Source: an uncultured beta proteobacterium
GTDB lineage: Bacteria > Pseudomonadota > Gammaproteobacteria > Burkholderiales > Casimicrobiaceae
NCBI GenBank assembly: GCA_963695725.1
Contig: CAVOHM010000006.1
Location: forward strand, 142,463-206,462
Reading direction: 5' to 3'
DNA length: 64,000 nt
The notes beneath the pieces were generated by a model that saw nothing but the letters and a program-made list of their open reading frames with translations, ran no database searches and was not told the origin of the DNA. A program made the translations under genes and the position numbers. Positions 1 through 8,872 of the stretch are shown piece after piece; the first letter of the stretch is position 1, and each line of letters begins with the position of its first letter.

Positions 1-413
1 AGATGGAAGTGGCTGGTCGACACGAACGGCGTCGCGACCGTCTTGCCCTTCAGGTCCGCGACCTTGGTGATCCCGCTGCCTTCGCGCGCCACCAGCGCCT
101 CGGCCGCGCCGATGTCCTCGAGTATCCAGAACATCTCGATGTCGAGGCCCTGGCTGATGGCGGTGGCGATCGGCGCGCTGCCTGCCTCGCCCAACTGCAC
201 GTCGCCCGAGGCCATCGCGCGGATGACGTCGCCGCCGCCGCCGAACTGCCGCCAGCTGATTTTGTAGCCGGTCGCCTTCTCGATCTCGCCCTGATGCTGC
301 ACCCAGCGAAACGGGATCACCATGTCCTGATACGCGAACGTCACTGATTTTTGCGCCCATGCGGGCAGCGATGCTGCCAATGCCAGCACCAGGCCGACGA
401 CGACTCTTTTCAT
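1..413 (-). CDS. tauA: ABC transporter periplasmic substrate-binding protein of the taurine/aliphatic-sulfonate (TauA/NMT1) type; N-terminal 137 codons, gene continues beyond the left edge
   Basis: Not in the ORF track because there is no stop in the window. The reverse strand from ATG 413..411, with GGAGG 7 nt upstream (421-425), reads MKRVVVGLVLALAASLPAWAQKSVTFAYQDMVIPFRW...WRQFGGGGDVIRAMASGDVQLGEAGSAPIATAISQGLDIEMFWILEDIG. This is a signal peptide plus a TauA-like core (VT.AYQ, ASGDVQ.G..GS.P.A.A.SQ). Confidence 0.7.
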   Translation of the reverse strand, partial: MKRVVVGLVLALAASLPAWAQKSVTFAYQDMVIPFRWVQHQGEIEKATGYKISWRQFGGGGDVIRAMASGDVQLGEAGSAPIATAISQGLDIEMFWILEDIGAAEALVAREGSGITKVADLKGKTVATPFVSTSHFH

Positions 414-488
414 GTGTTCTCCTCCTTGTGGCGTTTGTGAACGACTGCGGTGGCGCCCATCCGGCGCCACACGGTTGCTACGCTGAAA

Positions 489-1832
489 TCAGAGCGTCGC
501 GAGCGTCTTCTTCAGGACGTCCGCGATCTCGTCGACGTGCTTTCTCTCGGCGATGAGCGGTGGCGCGATGATTGCGGCGTCGCCGGTGGTCTTGAGATTG
601 AGCCCGTTGGCGAATAGTTTTTTCTGGAATATCTGGCCGCGCTTTCCGGGAGCGCCCTCGGTGTGGAGATCGATGGCCGCCATCATCCCGTAGCCGCGGA
701 TGTCGGCAACGGCGGGGAGGCCCTTCAGCGCAAAGAGCGCGTCGAGGAAATACGGCGACAGTTCGCGCCCGCGCTCGAACAGGCCTTCGTCCTTGTAGAT
801 GTCGAGCGTCGCGATGGCCGCGGCACACGACGCGGGGTGGCCCGAATACGTGTAGCCGTGGAAAAACTCGACCGCGCCCTCGGGTGCCGCGCCCATGATC
901 GTGTCGTGGATGCGCTCGCTCACGGCCACGGCGCCCATCGCTTGCGCGCCGTTGGTGAGCCCCTTCGCCATCGTCATGATGTCCGGCGTGACGCCGAAGC
1001 TCTGCGCGGCGAACGCCTGCCCGGTCCGACCGAAGCCGGTGATCACCTCGTCGAACACGAGCAGGATGCCGTGCGCATCGCAGATCTCGCGCAGGCGCTT
1101 CAGATAGCCCTTCGGCGGGACGAGGCAGCCGGTGGACCCGGCGATCGGTTCGACGAAGCAGGCGGCGATCGTCTCGGCGCCGTACAAGTTCACGATCCGG
1201 ACGAGGTCGTCGGCCAGCTCGACGCCGTGCGCGCCTTCGCCTTTCGTGAAGTAGTTTTCCTTGAGGTGCGTGTGCCGCATATGCGCGATGCCCGGCATCC
1301 CGGGCCCGAACTTGCGCCGGTTGTTGACGATTCCCGACAACGCGACGCCGGCGAGGCTGGCGCCGTGGTACGCACGCTCGCGTGATACGAAGACATTGCG
1401 TCCGCCCTGGCCGCGCGCTTGGTGATAGGCGAGCGCGATCTTCATCGCCGTGTCGACGGAATCGGAGCCGGAATTGACGAAAAATATCCGGTTGAGGTCG
1501 CCCGGCGTGAGTTCCGCCACCCGGCTCGCGAGTTCGAACTGCTTCGGGTGCGCGCGCAGGAACGGCGCGCAGAAATCGAGCTCGCGCAACTGCCGGCCCA
1601 CCGCGTCGGCGATTTCCTTGCGGCCGTGCCCGGCGGAGACGCAAAAGAGGCCCGACGACGCATCGATGATCCTGTCGCCGCGATCGTTCCAGAGATACAT
1701 CCCCTCGGCGCGCACGACCATCTGCGGGTCGGCCTTGAACTCCCGGTTCGGCGTGAACGGCACCCAGTACTCGTCGAGCGAGATCCGCTTCGATACGGCC
1801 TGGTCCTGAATCGTCAATTCGGCGTGGCCCAT
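489..1832 (-). CDS. tpa: Class-III omega-amino-acid:pyruvate aminotransferase; by context a probable taurine--pyruvate aminotransferase
   Basis: ORF 489..1856 shows end-to-end resemblance to beta-alanine/omega-amino-acid--pyruvate transaminases (SGLFCVSAGHGR, FDEVITGFGRTG, PLP-lysine context MTMAKGLTNG). I placed the start at ATG 1832 because GAGGGA lies 7-12 nt upstream; 1847 and 1856 are alternatives. It sits next to tauA and is divergent from ald. Confidence 0.85.
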   Translation of the reverse strand: MGHAELTIQDQAVSKRISLDEYWVPFTPNREFKADPQMVVRAEGMYLWNDRGDRIIDASSGLFCVSAGHGRKEIADAVGRQLRELDFCAPFLRAHPKQFELASRVAELTPGDLNRIFFVNSGSDSVDTAMKIALAYHQARGQGGRNVFVSRERAYHGASLAGVALSGIVNNRRKFGPGMPGIAHMRHTHLKENYFTKGEGAHGVELADDLVRIVNLYGAETIAACFVEPIAGSTGCLVPPKGYLKRLREICDAHGILLVFDEVITGFGRTGQAFAAQSFGVTPDIMTMAKGLTNGAQAMGAVAVSERIHDTIMGAAPEGAVEFFHGYTYSGHPASCAAAIATLDIYKDEGLFERGRELSPYFLDALFALKGLPAVADIRGYGMMAAIDLHTEGAPGKRGQIFQKKLFANGLNLKTTGDAAIIAPPLIAERKHVDEIADVLKKTLATL

Positions 1833-1995
1833 GGTGGTTTCCCTCATGTCGCCCATAGGTAGCCGCGGGGGCGGCGCCGGGGCGGCGTTATGCTACGATC
1901 AAACGCGAATCCTACACCTTTGCGGGCACGTTGCGGAGGGCCTCCCCGCCCGAAGCATTGACTCGTCGGCGAGCCCGGTTCTCGGAGAAATTCCC

Positions 1996-3108
1996 ATGCG
2001 TATTGGTGTCCCCAAGGAAATCAAAGTATTGGAGAATCGCGTCGGACTGGTGCCTGGCAGCGTGCGGGAACTGGTGGCGCACGGCCACGAGGTCGTGGTC
2101 GAACACGGCGCGGGGCTTGGCATCGGCATGGACGACGCCGCGTACCGCAAAGCGGGGGCGAGCATCGCACCTGTCGCCGCCGAGGTATTCGTCGCCGCCG
2201 ACATGATCGTCAAGGTCAAGGAACCGCAGGCCGTCGAGCGGAAAATGCTGCGCAATGGCCAGATTCTCTTCACGTATCTGCACCTCGCCCCGGACCCGGA
2301 ACAGGCCAGCGATCTCGTCGCCAGCGGCGCGGTCTGCATCGCGTACGAGACCGTCACTTCGGCGGCCGGCGGACTGCCGCTGTTGGCGCCGATGTCGGAA
2401 GTCGCCGGACGGATGGCCGTGCAGGCCGGCGCGTATTACCTCGAGAAGCCGCACGGTGGTCTTGGCATGCTGCTGGGCGGCGTGCCGGGCGTGGATCCCG
2501 CAAAGGTTGTGATCCTGGGTGGCGGTGTCGTCGGCTCGCATGCCTGCCACATTGCGCTCGGCATGGGCGCCGATGTCTGGGTGCTCGATCGCAGCGTCGA
2601 GGTGCTGCGCGCGTTGTGGCGGCAATTCGGCCGTCCGCTCAATACGGTATTTTCGACGCACGACGCGCTCGAGAATCATGTGACGAGTGCCGACCTCGTG
2701 ATCGGCGGCGTGCTGATTCCCGGCGCATCGGCGCCGAAACTCGTCTCGGCGGCACTCGTAAAGAAGATGAAGCCCGGCTCGGTGATCGTCGACGTCGCGA
2801 TCGACCAGGGCGGCTGCTTCGAAACCTCGCGCCCGACGACACACGCCGATCCTGTCTATGTCGTCGACGGCGTCACGCACTACTGCGTGGCCAACATGCC
2901 AGGCGGAGTGCCGCGCACGTCGACCTTCGCGCTCAACAACGCGACGTTGCCGTTCGTGCTGGCGCTCGCCGACAAGGGCTGGAAGCGCGCGCTGACCGAT
3001 GATCCGCATCTGAAAAACGGCCTCAACGTAGCGTTCGGCAAGGTGACCTGCCGGCCGGTGGCCGACGCCCTCGGGTACCCGTTCGTTCCGCCCGAGACGG
3101 TGCTGTAG
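1996..3108 (+). CDS. ald: L-alanine dehydrogenase
   Basis: Internal ATG of ORF 1831..3108 with GGAGA upstream. The product reads [27 protein letters not shown]..., has the NAD fold [10 protein letters not shown], is 370 aa and looks like typical Ald throughout. Confidence 0.9.
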   Translation: MRIGVPKEIKVLENRVGLVPGSVRELVAHGHEVVVEHGAGLGIGMDDAAYRKAGASIAPVAAEVFVAADMIVKVKEPQAVERKMLRNGQILFTYLHLAPDPEQASDLVASGAVCIAYETVTSAAGGLPLLAPMSEVAGRMAVQAGAYYLEKPHGGLGMLLGGVPGVDPAKVVILGGGVVGSHACHIALGMGADVWVLDRSVEVLRALWRQFGRPLNTVFSTHDALENHVTSADLVIGGVLIPGASAPKLVSAALVKKMKPGSVIVDVAIDQGGCFETSRPTTHADPVYVVDGVTHYCVANMPGGVPRTSTFALNNATLPFVLALADKGWKRALTDDPHLKNGLNVAFGKVTCRPVADALGYPFVPPETVL

Positions 3109-3167
3109 GGCTCGGCTGCGCCAGACAGACCGGGGTCAGATGCGGCTGCACCGCAGCGGCGGCGCCG

Positions 3168-4775
3168 TCAAGGTTCTGCCCCGTCTTCAAGGATCATGTC
3201 GGAGGCTTTCTCGGCCACCATGACCGCCGGCGAATTGGTGTTGCCGGAGACCAGCGTCGGCATGATCGAACAGTCCACGACGCGCAAGCCTGCCAGACCG
3301 TGAACGCGCAACCGGTCGTCCACGACGGCCATGGAATCTACGCCCATCTTGCAGGTTCCGGATGGATGAAAGATGGTGGCGCCGTACTCGCGCGCAAAGT
3401 TCAGGATCTCTTCGTCGCTCGCGACGGCTTTGCCTGGGCGATACTCGTCACCGATGCACGACCGCAGTGCCGGCGAGCGGGCCAGGCGCCGCGCGAACCG
3501 GATCGATTCCACCGCACAGCGCCTGTCCAGTTCGGTCGAAAGGTAGCTGGGCTGCATCGACGGCGCCTCCCTGGCATCGCGCGACTTGATGCGCAGTGTA
3601 CCCCGCGACGTGGGGCGCAGCTGGCAGACCGAGAACGTGCAGCCAGACCACGGATGCGGCTTGGCGCCCGCCGCGTCGGCCGATAGCGAAGCGAAGTGAA
3701 ACTGGATGTCCGGCGTCGCCGACTCCGGCAGCACGCGGGTGAACAGCCCACCCTGGTTGATGCCGATGGCGAGCGGTCCGCGCCTTGACAGCAGCCACTT
3801 CATGCCGATCTTCATCCGGCCGCGAAGACTCGCCAGTTCGTCGTTGGTGGTGATGGGTTTCCTGACCTTGTAGATCAGCCGGTGCTGCAAGTGGTCCTGC
3901 AGATTTTCCCCAACGCCCGGCAAGTCGTTGACCACCGAAATACCCATTTCCCGCAGGAACGAACCGGGCCCGACACCGGAGAGCTGCAAGAGCTGCGGAC
4001 TCTGCAGCGCGCCTGCGGCGAGGATGACCTCGCGGGCCGCGCGAACATCGCGCAGTTGGCCGCGCTGATCGAAGCGCACGCCGGTGGCACGCGAGCCGCT
4101 GAACAGAAGCTGCGTCGCGTGGGCGTTGGTTTCCACCGTCAGATTTGGGCGCGAAAGCGCCGGCCGAAGATAGGCCACGGCGGTCGAGCAGCGCCAGCCG
4201 TTGCGCGTGAACAGCTGGTAGTAACCGACGCCCTCCTGGCTGCCCGCGTTGAAGTCATCGTTTCGGGGGACGCCGAGCTCGTTGGCGCCGCGGATGATGG
4301 CCTCCATCAGCTCGTGCTCCTCGTCGATGTCCGAGCACCACAGCGGTCCGTCGGCTCCGTGGAATTCGCTGGTGCCGCGCGTGTTGTGCTCGGAGCGGAT
4401 GAAGTAGGGAAGAACGTCGTTCCACCCCCAGTTTCGATTGCCGAGCGCCGCCCAGTGATCGTAGTCCTCCGGCTGCCCGCGAACGTAGATGAGTCCGTTG
4501 ATGGAGCTCGAGCCCCCAAGCCCGCGACCGCGCGGCCAGTAGATCCTGCGATTGTGCATGCCCGGATCGGGGTCGGTGTGAAAACCCCAGTTGTAGACGG
4601 GGTGGAACATCGTCTTTCCGTAGCCGATGGGGATGTGGATCCAGAGGTAGTTGTCTTTCGGCCCCGCCTCCAGCAGCAACACCGAGCGCCGGCCCCCCGC
4701 CGACAACCGATTGGCCAGCACGCAGCCGGCCGAACCTGCGCCCACGACGATGTAGTCGAACGTCGGCTCAACCAT
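3168..4775 (-). CDS. GMC-family FAD oxidoreductase (choline-dehydrogenase-like); candidate isethionate dehydrogenase (IseJ-like) by context
   Basis: ORF 3168..4850. It has the N-terminal FAD fold FDYIVVGAGSAGCVLANRLS and a GMC C-terminal region (HPSGTCKMG). I placed the start at the Met just before the Rossmann fold (4775); 4826 and 4850 are possible. Confidence 0.8.
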   Translation of the reverse strand: MVEPTFDYIVVGAGSAGCVLANRLSAGGRRSVLLLEAGPKDNYLWIHIPIGYGKTMFHPVYNWGFHTDPDPGMHNRRIYWPRGRGLGGSSSINGLIYVRGQPEDYDHWAALGNRNWGWNDVLPYFIRSEHNTRGTSEFHGADGPLWCSDIDEEHELMEAIIRGANELGVPRNDDFNAGSQEGVGYYQLFTRNGWRCSTAVAYLRPALSRPNLTVETNAHATQLLFSGSRATGVRFDQRGQLRDVRAAREVILAAGALQSPQLLQLSGVGPGSFLREMGISVVNDLPGVGENLQDHLQHRLIYKVRKPITTNDELASLRGRMKIGMKWLLSRRGPLAIGINQGGLFTRVLPESATPDIQFHFASLSADAAGAKPHPWSGCTFSVCQLRPTSRGTLRIKSRDAREAPSMQPSYLSTELDRRCAVESIRFARRLARSPALRSCIGDEYRPGKAVASDEEILNFAREYGATIFHPSGTCKMGVDSMAVVDDRLRVHGLAGLRVVDCSIMPTLVSGNTNSPAVMVAEKASDMILEDGAEP

Positions 4776-4934
4776 CGATGTTGCGATCTGGCTGAATGGG
4801 TGCCCGCAGGCACGGGCACGCAGCATCAACCGTTTGTGGATTGCTGGCACGCAGCAACGGATACCCCCAGGCGGCTGGGTACGCGCGTCGCGCGAGCCTG
4901 TGAAATGCTGCGGGGCAGCAAAATCTCATAGAAC

Positions 4935-4949
4935 GAGACAAAATGTCTC
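4935..4949. promoter_or_regulatory. Perfect palindrome GAGACA-AAA-TGTCTC in the divergent intergenic region (candidate operator)
   Basis: Read directly: 6-bp arms with a 3-bp spacer. It lies between the GMC gene start and the truncated Tat-signal gene at 5105. Confidence 0.35.
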
Positions 4950-5104
4950 ATTTTAGTCAACCATTGCTTGTCAGCGCAATCCTGCGTGTCTAATATCGGA
5001 CGTGTGTGCACATCCGCGCATCTCGCACGAACGACGCCCACGCACACTCGCCACGCTTAGGGTTGGTCATTCGAACGATAGAGCCCACTCAGAGGAGACT
5101 CCGC

Positions 5105-5165
5105 ATGACTATCAATGAACAGCTGTCGCAGCTAACACGCCGAGACTTCTTCCGCATTGCGAGCG
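5105..5165 (+). pseudogene. 5' stub of a gene encoding a Tat-signal (periplasmic) protein, truncated by IS insertion
   Basis: AGAGGAG SD followed by ATG 5105. The product reads MTINEQLSQLTRRDFFRIASE (twin-arginine motif RRDFF). The reading frame then runs into IS256-end sequence and stops at 5203. Confidence 0.5.
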
Positions 5166-5205
5166 AGCCTGTAAGAATTTCTGTGTATGAGCTGTTCGGT
5201 TGAAA

Positions 5206-6060
5206 TTATCCCTGCGTCATCACGAAACGATCCTCGACCTGTATCGCGAACTGGGCTTTCGCGGCATGCCACGCAATTGGCGGATTCTTCCATTTCGCGG
5301 TGACGTTGCGTAGCGCCAACCAGATCAGCTTGGTTGCTGCCTCGTCGTTCGGGAAATGCCCATGTCCGCGCACGGCTTTGCGCACCTGACTATGCAGGCT
5401 CTCGATCGCCTTGCGCTCCTCCCACGAGGCGAGCTGCATGGAGTAGCGGATCAGGTGCACGATGCAGGTCTGGACCAGGGCTTCGGGGAACACGGCGTTA
5501 ATCGCCTCCGGAAAACCTTTGAGCCCGTCGACCACGGCGATCAGCACATCGTGGGTACCGCGGTTGCGGATTTCGGTCATCCCTCGCAGCCAGAACTTGG
5601 CGCCCTTGGTCTGCTCGATCCAGATGCCCAAGACTTCCTTGAGCCCGGAGCAGCGCATGCCGATCGCCAGGTACACCGCCTTGTTCCTGACCGCCCCTTC
5701 GTCCCGGATCGCGATCCGCAGGCAGTCGAAGACGTCGATGGCGTACACCGGCTCCAGCGGCCGCGCCTGCTACGCCGCCGCCTCGTCGAGCACGGCATCG
5801 GTCACCGCCGACACCAGCTCCGGCGAGATCTCAATGCCGTACAGCTCGCGCAGATGGGTCGGGATGTCGCACGTGGTCATCCCCCGGGCCTACAGGGCAA
5901 TGATCTTCTGGTCGAAATCAGGGAAGCGCCGTTGATACTTGGCGATCAGCGCTGGCTCGAACCGACCCTGACGATCCCGTGGAATGGCCAACTCGAGCTT
6001 GCCGGTGTCAGTGAGCGCCGTCTTCGGACTCGTGCCGTTGCGCACATTGCCCGCCGCCAT
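5206..6060 (-). pseudogene. IS256-family (Mutator-type) transposase, N-terminally truncated, with two in-frame TAG codons and an apparent internal deletion
   Basis: The single reverse frame from 6060 reads MAAGNVRNGTSPKT..LELAIPRDRQGRFEPALIAKYQRRFPDFDQKIIAL*ARGMTT..AAA*QARPLEPVYAIDVFDCLRIAIRDEGAVRNKAVYLAIG...DGLKGFPEAINAVFP...CIVHLIRYS. The TAG codons are at 5892..5890 and 5772..5770, at positions where the family has Tyr and Trp. The segment between 'SWEERK' and 'AIESL' appears to be missing. Confidence 0.8.
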
Positions 6061-6099
6061 ACGACTTTCCTTTCATCGAGATTGTCGTACAGCTCAAGA

Positions 6100-6802
6100 C
6101 ACAGAATTCCTTTCACCCTCGAGGGTCGCAGCGCTGAGACCGTAGAGACCCTGGCCGGCGAGTTGAAGGAGCGCGGCTGCGCGCCCGAGCAAGTCAGCTC
6201 GGTGAACTTCGACACGCCCCCGGCGTTCATCAAGAGCTGCACCGCGCAGTTTCCGAACGCCCGCATCACCTTCGACAGGTTCCAGGTCGTCGCATGCCAG
6301 CACCGCCGTGGACAAGATGCGCCGCATCGAGCAGCGCACCGACCGTTCCTTCAAGGGCATGCGCTGGTCGCTGCTCAAGGACCGCTCCCGTCTGTCGCCG
6401 GAGGCCGCGACCGATCTTGACGCCTTGATCGCCAGGATGACTGCGGTGCGTACTGCCCGCGCTTGGAGCTCCGAGGAACAGTTGCGCGAGATCCTCGAGC
6501 ACAAGCAGATTAGCGTCGTACGCGTCATGCTTCAGCACTGGTGCACCTGCGTGATGCGCTCCAAGGTCGATCCGATGAAGGAAGTCGCCGCTCTCGTGCG
6601 TAATCATCTGGAGGACTTCGTGGCTTGGGCGCAGACTCGGCAGACCAACGGTTTCCTGGAGGCTCTCAATGGCTTGTTCCAGGCAGCAAAGCGTCGCGCC
6701 CGAGGCTTCACACGGATATCCGCCATCCGGACGGTCATCTTCCAAATCGCCGGAAAGCTCGACATCCGCGTGGTCAACCCTCATGCCTGGCAACCCATTT
6801 GA
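6100..6802 (+). pseudogene. ISL3-family transposase, C-terminal ~235 codons only, with a +1 frameshift near 6290
   Basis: Two frames carry the homology. The first reads ..FTLEGRSAETVETLAGELKERGCAPEQVSSVNFDTPPAFIKSCTAQFPNARITFDRFQVV. The second reads AVDKMRRIEQRTDRSFKGMRWSLLKD...TNGFLEALNGLFQAAKRRARGFTRISAIRTVIFQIAGKLD, which is the typical ISL3 C-terminus. Confidence 0.75.
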
Positions 6803-6876
6803 GTTTCAACGAGCCCCAATTGCGGACCACACCAGCATCAGCCATCGATCGTTCGAAATATTCGTCTGCGTTGATT

Positions 6877-7563
6877 ATGTCAACATTTGACGTCAGTGAC
6901 GGCCTCGATCTCGAGCAGGATCTCGATCATGATCATATGGTGCGCCTTTGTAATATTGGCGGCAAACAGAGATTTGCACGCAATCAGCATCTTTATTATC
7001 AAGGAGACCGGGCAAGTCACGTTTATATTCTGATGTCCGGTACCGTCAAGGCGACCTGCACAGACGAGTACGGAAACGAAACGCTCCTGAAAATTCATGG
7101 TTCGGGAAGCTTGCTCGGCCTGTCCGCACTACGGCCCGTTCCCAGACGTGATGCCAACGGCATTGCTCTAGAGCCGGCAGGAGTCACCGCTTTCACAAGA
7201 GATGAATTCTTCGCGCAGATGCGCAGCGACGGCGAACTGGGCGTGCTGCTCGTAAGGTTGCTGCTGAAACGGCAGCAACAGCTTCACCTCCGCATGGCGG
7301 AAGTGGCCGGTCATCGTGTGGAACAGCGCGTGGCCCGGGCGCTGCTGCAGCTTCATGCCGAAGCAAGAACGCGCACACCCGGCCGGGCAGCTTTGGACAT
7401 ACCGATCACGCATGAGGAGCTGGCCACATTGGTGCTGTCGCGCCGGCAATACGTAACGGCAATATTGCGATCCTTCGTTGCGAATGGATTTATCGAAAAT
7501 CGCAGACGCAAGATTTGCATTTGCAACACTAAGGGCCTGGAGCGGATTGTCTACGGTCAATAG
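6877..7563 (+). CDS. Crp/Fnr-family transcriptional regulator
   Basis: Internal ATG of ORF 6625..7563, 228 aa. It has a cNMP-binding-like beta-barrel (HLYYQGDRASHVYILMSGTVKA...LLKIHGSGSLLG) and a C-terminal HTH (ITHEELATLVLSRRQYVTAILRSF). It lies in a visibly lower-G+C stretch. Confidence 0.8.
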   Translation: MSTFDVSDGLDLEQDLDHDHMVRLCNIGGKQRFARNQHLYYQGDRASHVYILMSGTVKATCTDEYGNETLLKIHGSGSLLGLSALRPVPRRDANGIALEPAGVTAFTRDEFFAQMRSDGELGVLLVRLLLKRQQQLHLRMAEVAGHRVEQRVARALLQLHAEARTRTPGRAALDIPITHEELATLVLSRRQYVTAILRSFVANGFIENRRRKICICNTKGLERIVYGQ

Positions 7564-7830
7564 CCATCTGCAGGCATCTGCGAAAGCCTGGCGGCAGCAA
7601 ATTCAGTCGGCCCTGCAAAACCTCCACAACCCACATGGATGCCGGCTTTCAGGGGTGAATGCCGACGTTGAGAACTCCAGAGAATTAGGAAGTGGCGATA
7701 ATGCCTTACTTTCTAACACCGCGGTATTGGAACTTCCGAAGCGACCACAAGATCACTTGAACTTCAGATTGAGGACATCGGCACGTGGCGGCCGCCCGCG
7801 CCTCAGAGCAATTCGGGAAAATTCCCCAAG

Positions 7831-7846
7831 TGTCAGATTTCTGACA
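7831..7846. promoter_or_regulatory. CRP/FNR-type palindrome TGTCA-GATTTC-TGACA upstream of the SDR gene
   Basis: Read directly: TGTCAGA-TT-TCTGACA, 7-bp perfect arms. It is 130 nt upstream of ATG 7976, in a 410-nt AT-rich non-coding gap directly after the Crp/Fnr gene. Confidence 0.45.
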
Positions 7847-7975
7847 TTCACGAGCGTGTGCCTCCCATACATTGATCCTCAAGACATCATCGTCAGGCAA
7901 TGTCATCCTGAGCGCAGCAGCTCTGACATTATCAGATGCCGCACATGCTCGTCGGACTCTAGAGGAGTGCGCTTC

Positions 7976-8758
7976 ATGACACTCGCAAGCAAGGTTTGCA
8001 TTGTCACTGGTGGCGGCCAGGGGATCGGCGAAGCCATTTGCCGCGCCTATGCCCGAGCTGGTGCAATGGTCGTGGTCGCTGATATGGAGGCCGCTGCCGC
8101 AGAGCGTACCGCCAGCGCGATAACCGCCCACGGTGGCACAGCGATGGCGGTGGTCATGAATGTCACGCAGGGCGATACCATCAAGTCGATGGCGCAGGCA
8201 GCCAGACGGGCGTTCGGTGGTATCGATGTGCTGGTCAACAACGCCGGCGCGCGAATAATCAAGGGCTTCATGCAGCATTCCGAAGGTGACTGGAATGCAA
8301 TGCTGCAAATCAATCTGACCGGCCCGTTCCTATGTGGCCAGGCCGTCGTGCCCGACATGATCGAGCGCGGTGGTGGCAAGATCATCAATTTGGCGTCCAT
8401 CGCCAGTTTTGTCGGGCGCCCCAACCGTTGCGCCTATGTCGCCGCCAAGTCTGGGCTGCTGGGATTGACGCGCGCGATGGCGATGGATTTGTCGACCAAG
8501 AATATCCGCGTCAATGCAATCGCACCAGGAATGATCGCATCGCCGTTCAATCAATCCTTTGCGGAGGCAAGTGACACCGGACCTGCCTGGGCAGACGAAA
8601 ACCGTCGCGGCCGTTGGGGGCAGCCGGACGACATCGCCGGAGCCGCGGTATTCTTGGCCTCGGATGATTCCGACTTCGTGACAGGCACCGAGATCAAGGT
8701 TGAGGGCGGCTGGCTCAGCACCCGCACGCGATCAGGAGAGCAGACTATGTGGGATTAA
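7976..8758 (+). CDS. Short-chain dehydrogenase/reductase (SDR)
   Basis: Internal ATG of ORF 7478..8758 with AGAGGAG upstream, 260 aa. It carries TGGGQGIG, NNAG and the catalytic Y..xK (YVAAKSG). Confidence 0.9.
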   Translation: MTLASKVCIVTGGGQGIGEAICRAYARAGAMVVVADMEAAAAERTASAITAHGGTAMAVVMNVTQGDTIKSMAQAARRAFGGIDVLVNNAGARIIKGFMQHSEGDWNAMLQINLTGPFLCGQAVVPDMIERGGGKIINLASIASFVGRPNRCAYVAAKSGLLGLTRAMAMDLSTKNIRVNAIAPGMIASPFNQSFAEASDTGPAWADENRRGRWGQPDDIAGAAVFLASDDSDFVTGTEIKVEGGWLSTRTRSGEQTMWD

Positions 8759-8872
8759 GACGCCGCAGCCTCATGCAGGTTTTCAAATGCCAAACCCGGT
8801 CAATTTTAGCGTGGACGCGTTGGCGGCAAAAGCAAGCACGCTCAAACCCCAGCAAATGAGTGGAGGAAGAAA

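Larger units (their letters stand above)
5165..6823. mobile_element. Composite scar of two decayed insertion sequences: an IS256-family remnant abutting an ISL3-family remnant
   Basis: The two transposase pseudogenes below meet head-to-head near 6060. The outer boundaries are approximate and the terminal repeats were not verified. Confidence 0.6.

Noticed and set aside
3109-3167. Possible bidirectional terminator hairpin between the convergent ald and GMC genes (gcggctgc-acc-gcagcggc).
   Set aside because: The stem has two mismatches in eight positions and no flanking T/A tracts. That is too weak to call.
7860-7900. FNR-box-like TTGAT sequence (cattgatcctcaagacatcatcg) upstream of the SDR gene.
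   Set aside because: Only one half-site matches TTGAT-N4-ATCAA and the partner arm is absent. The perfect palindrome at 7831-7846 is the better candidate.
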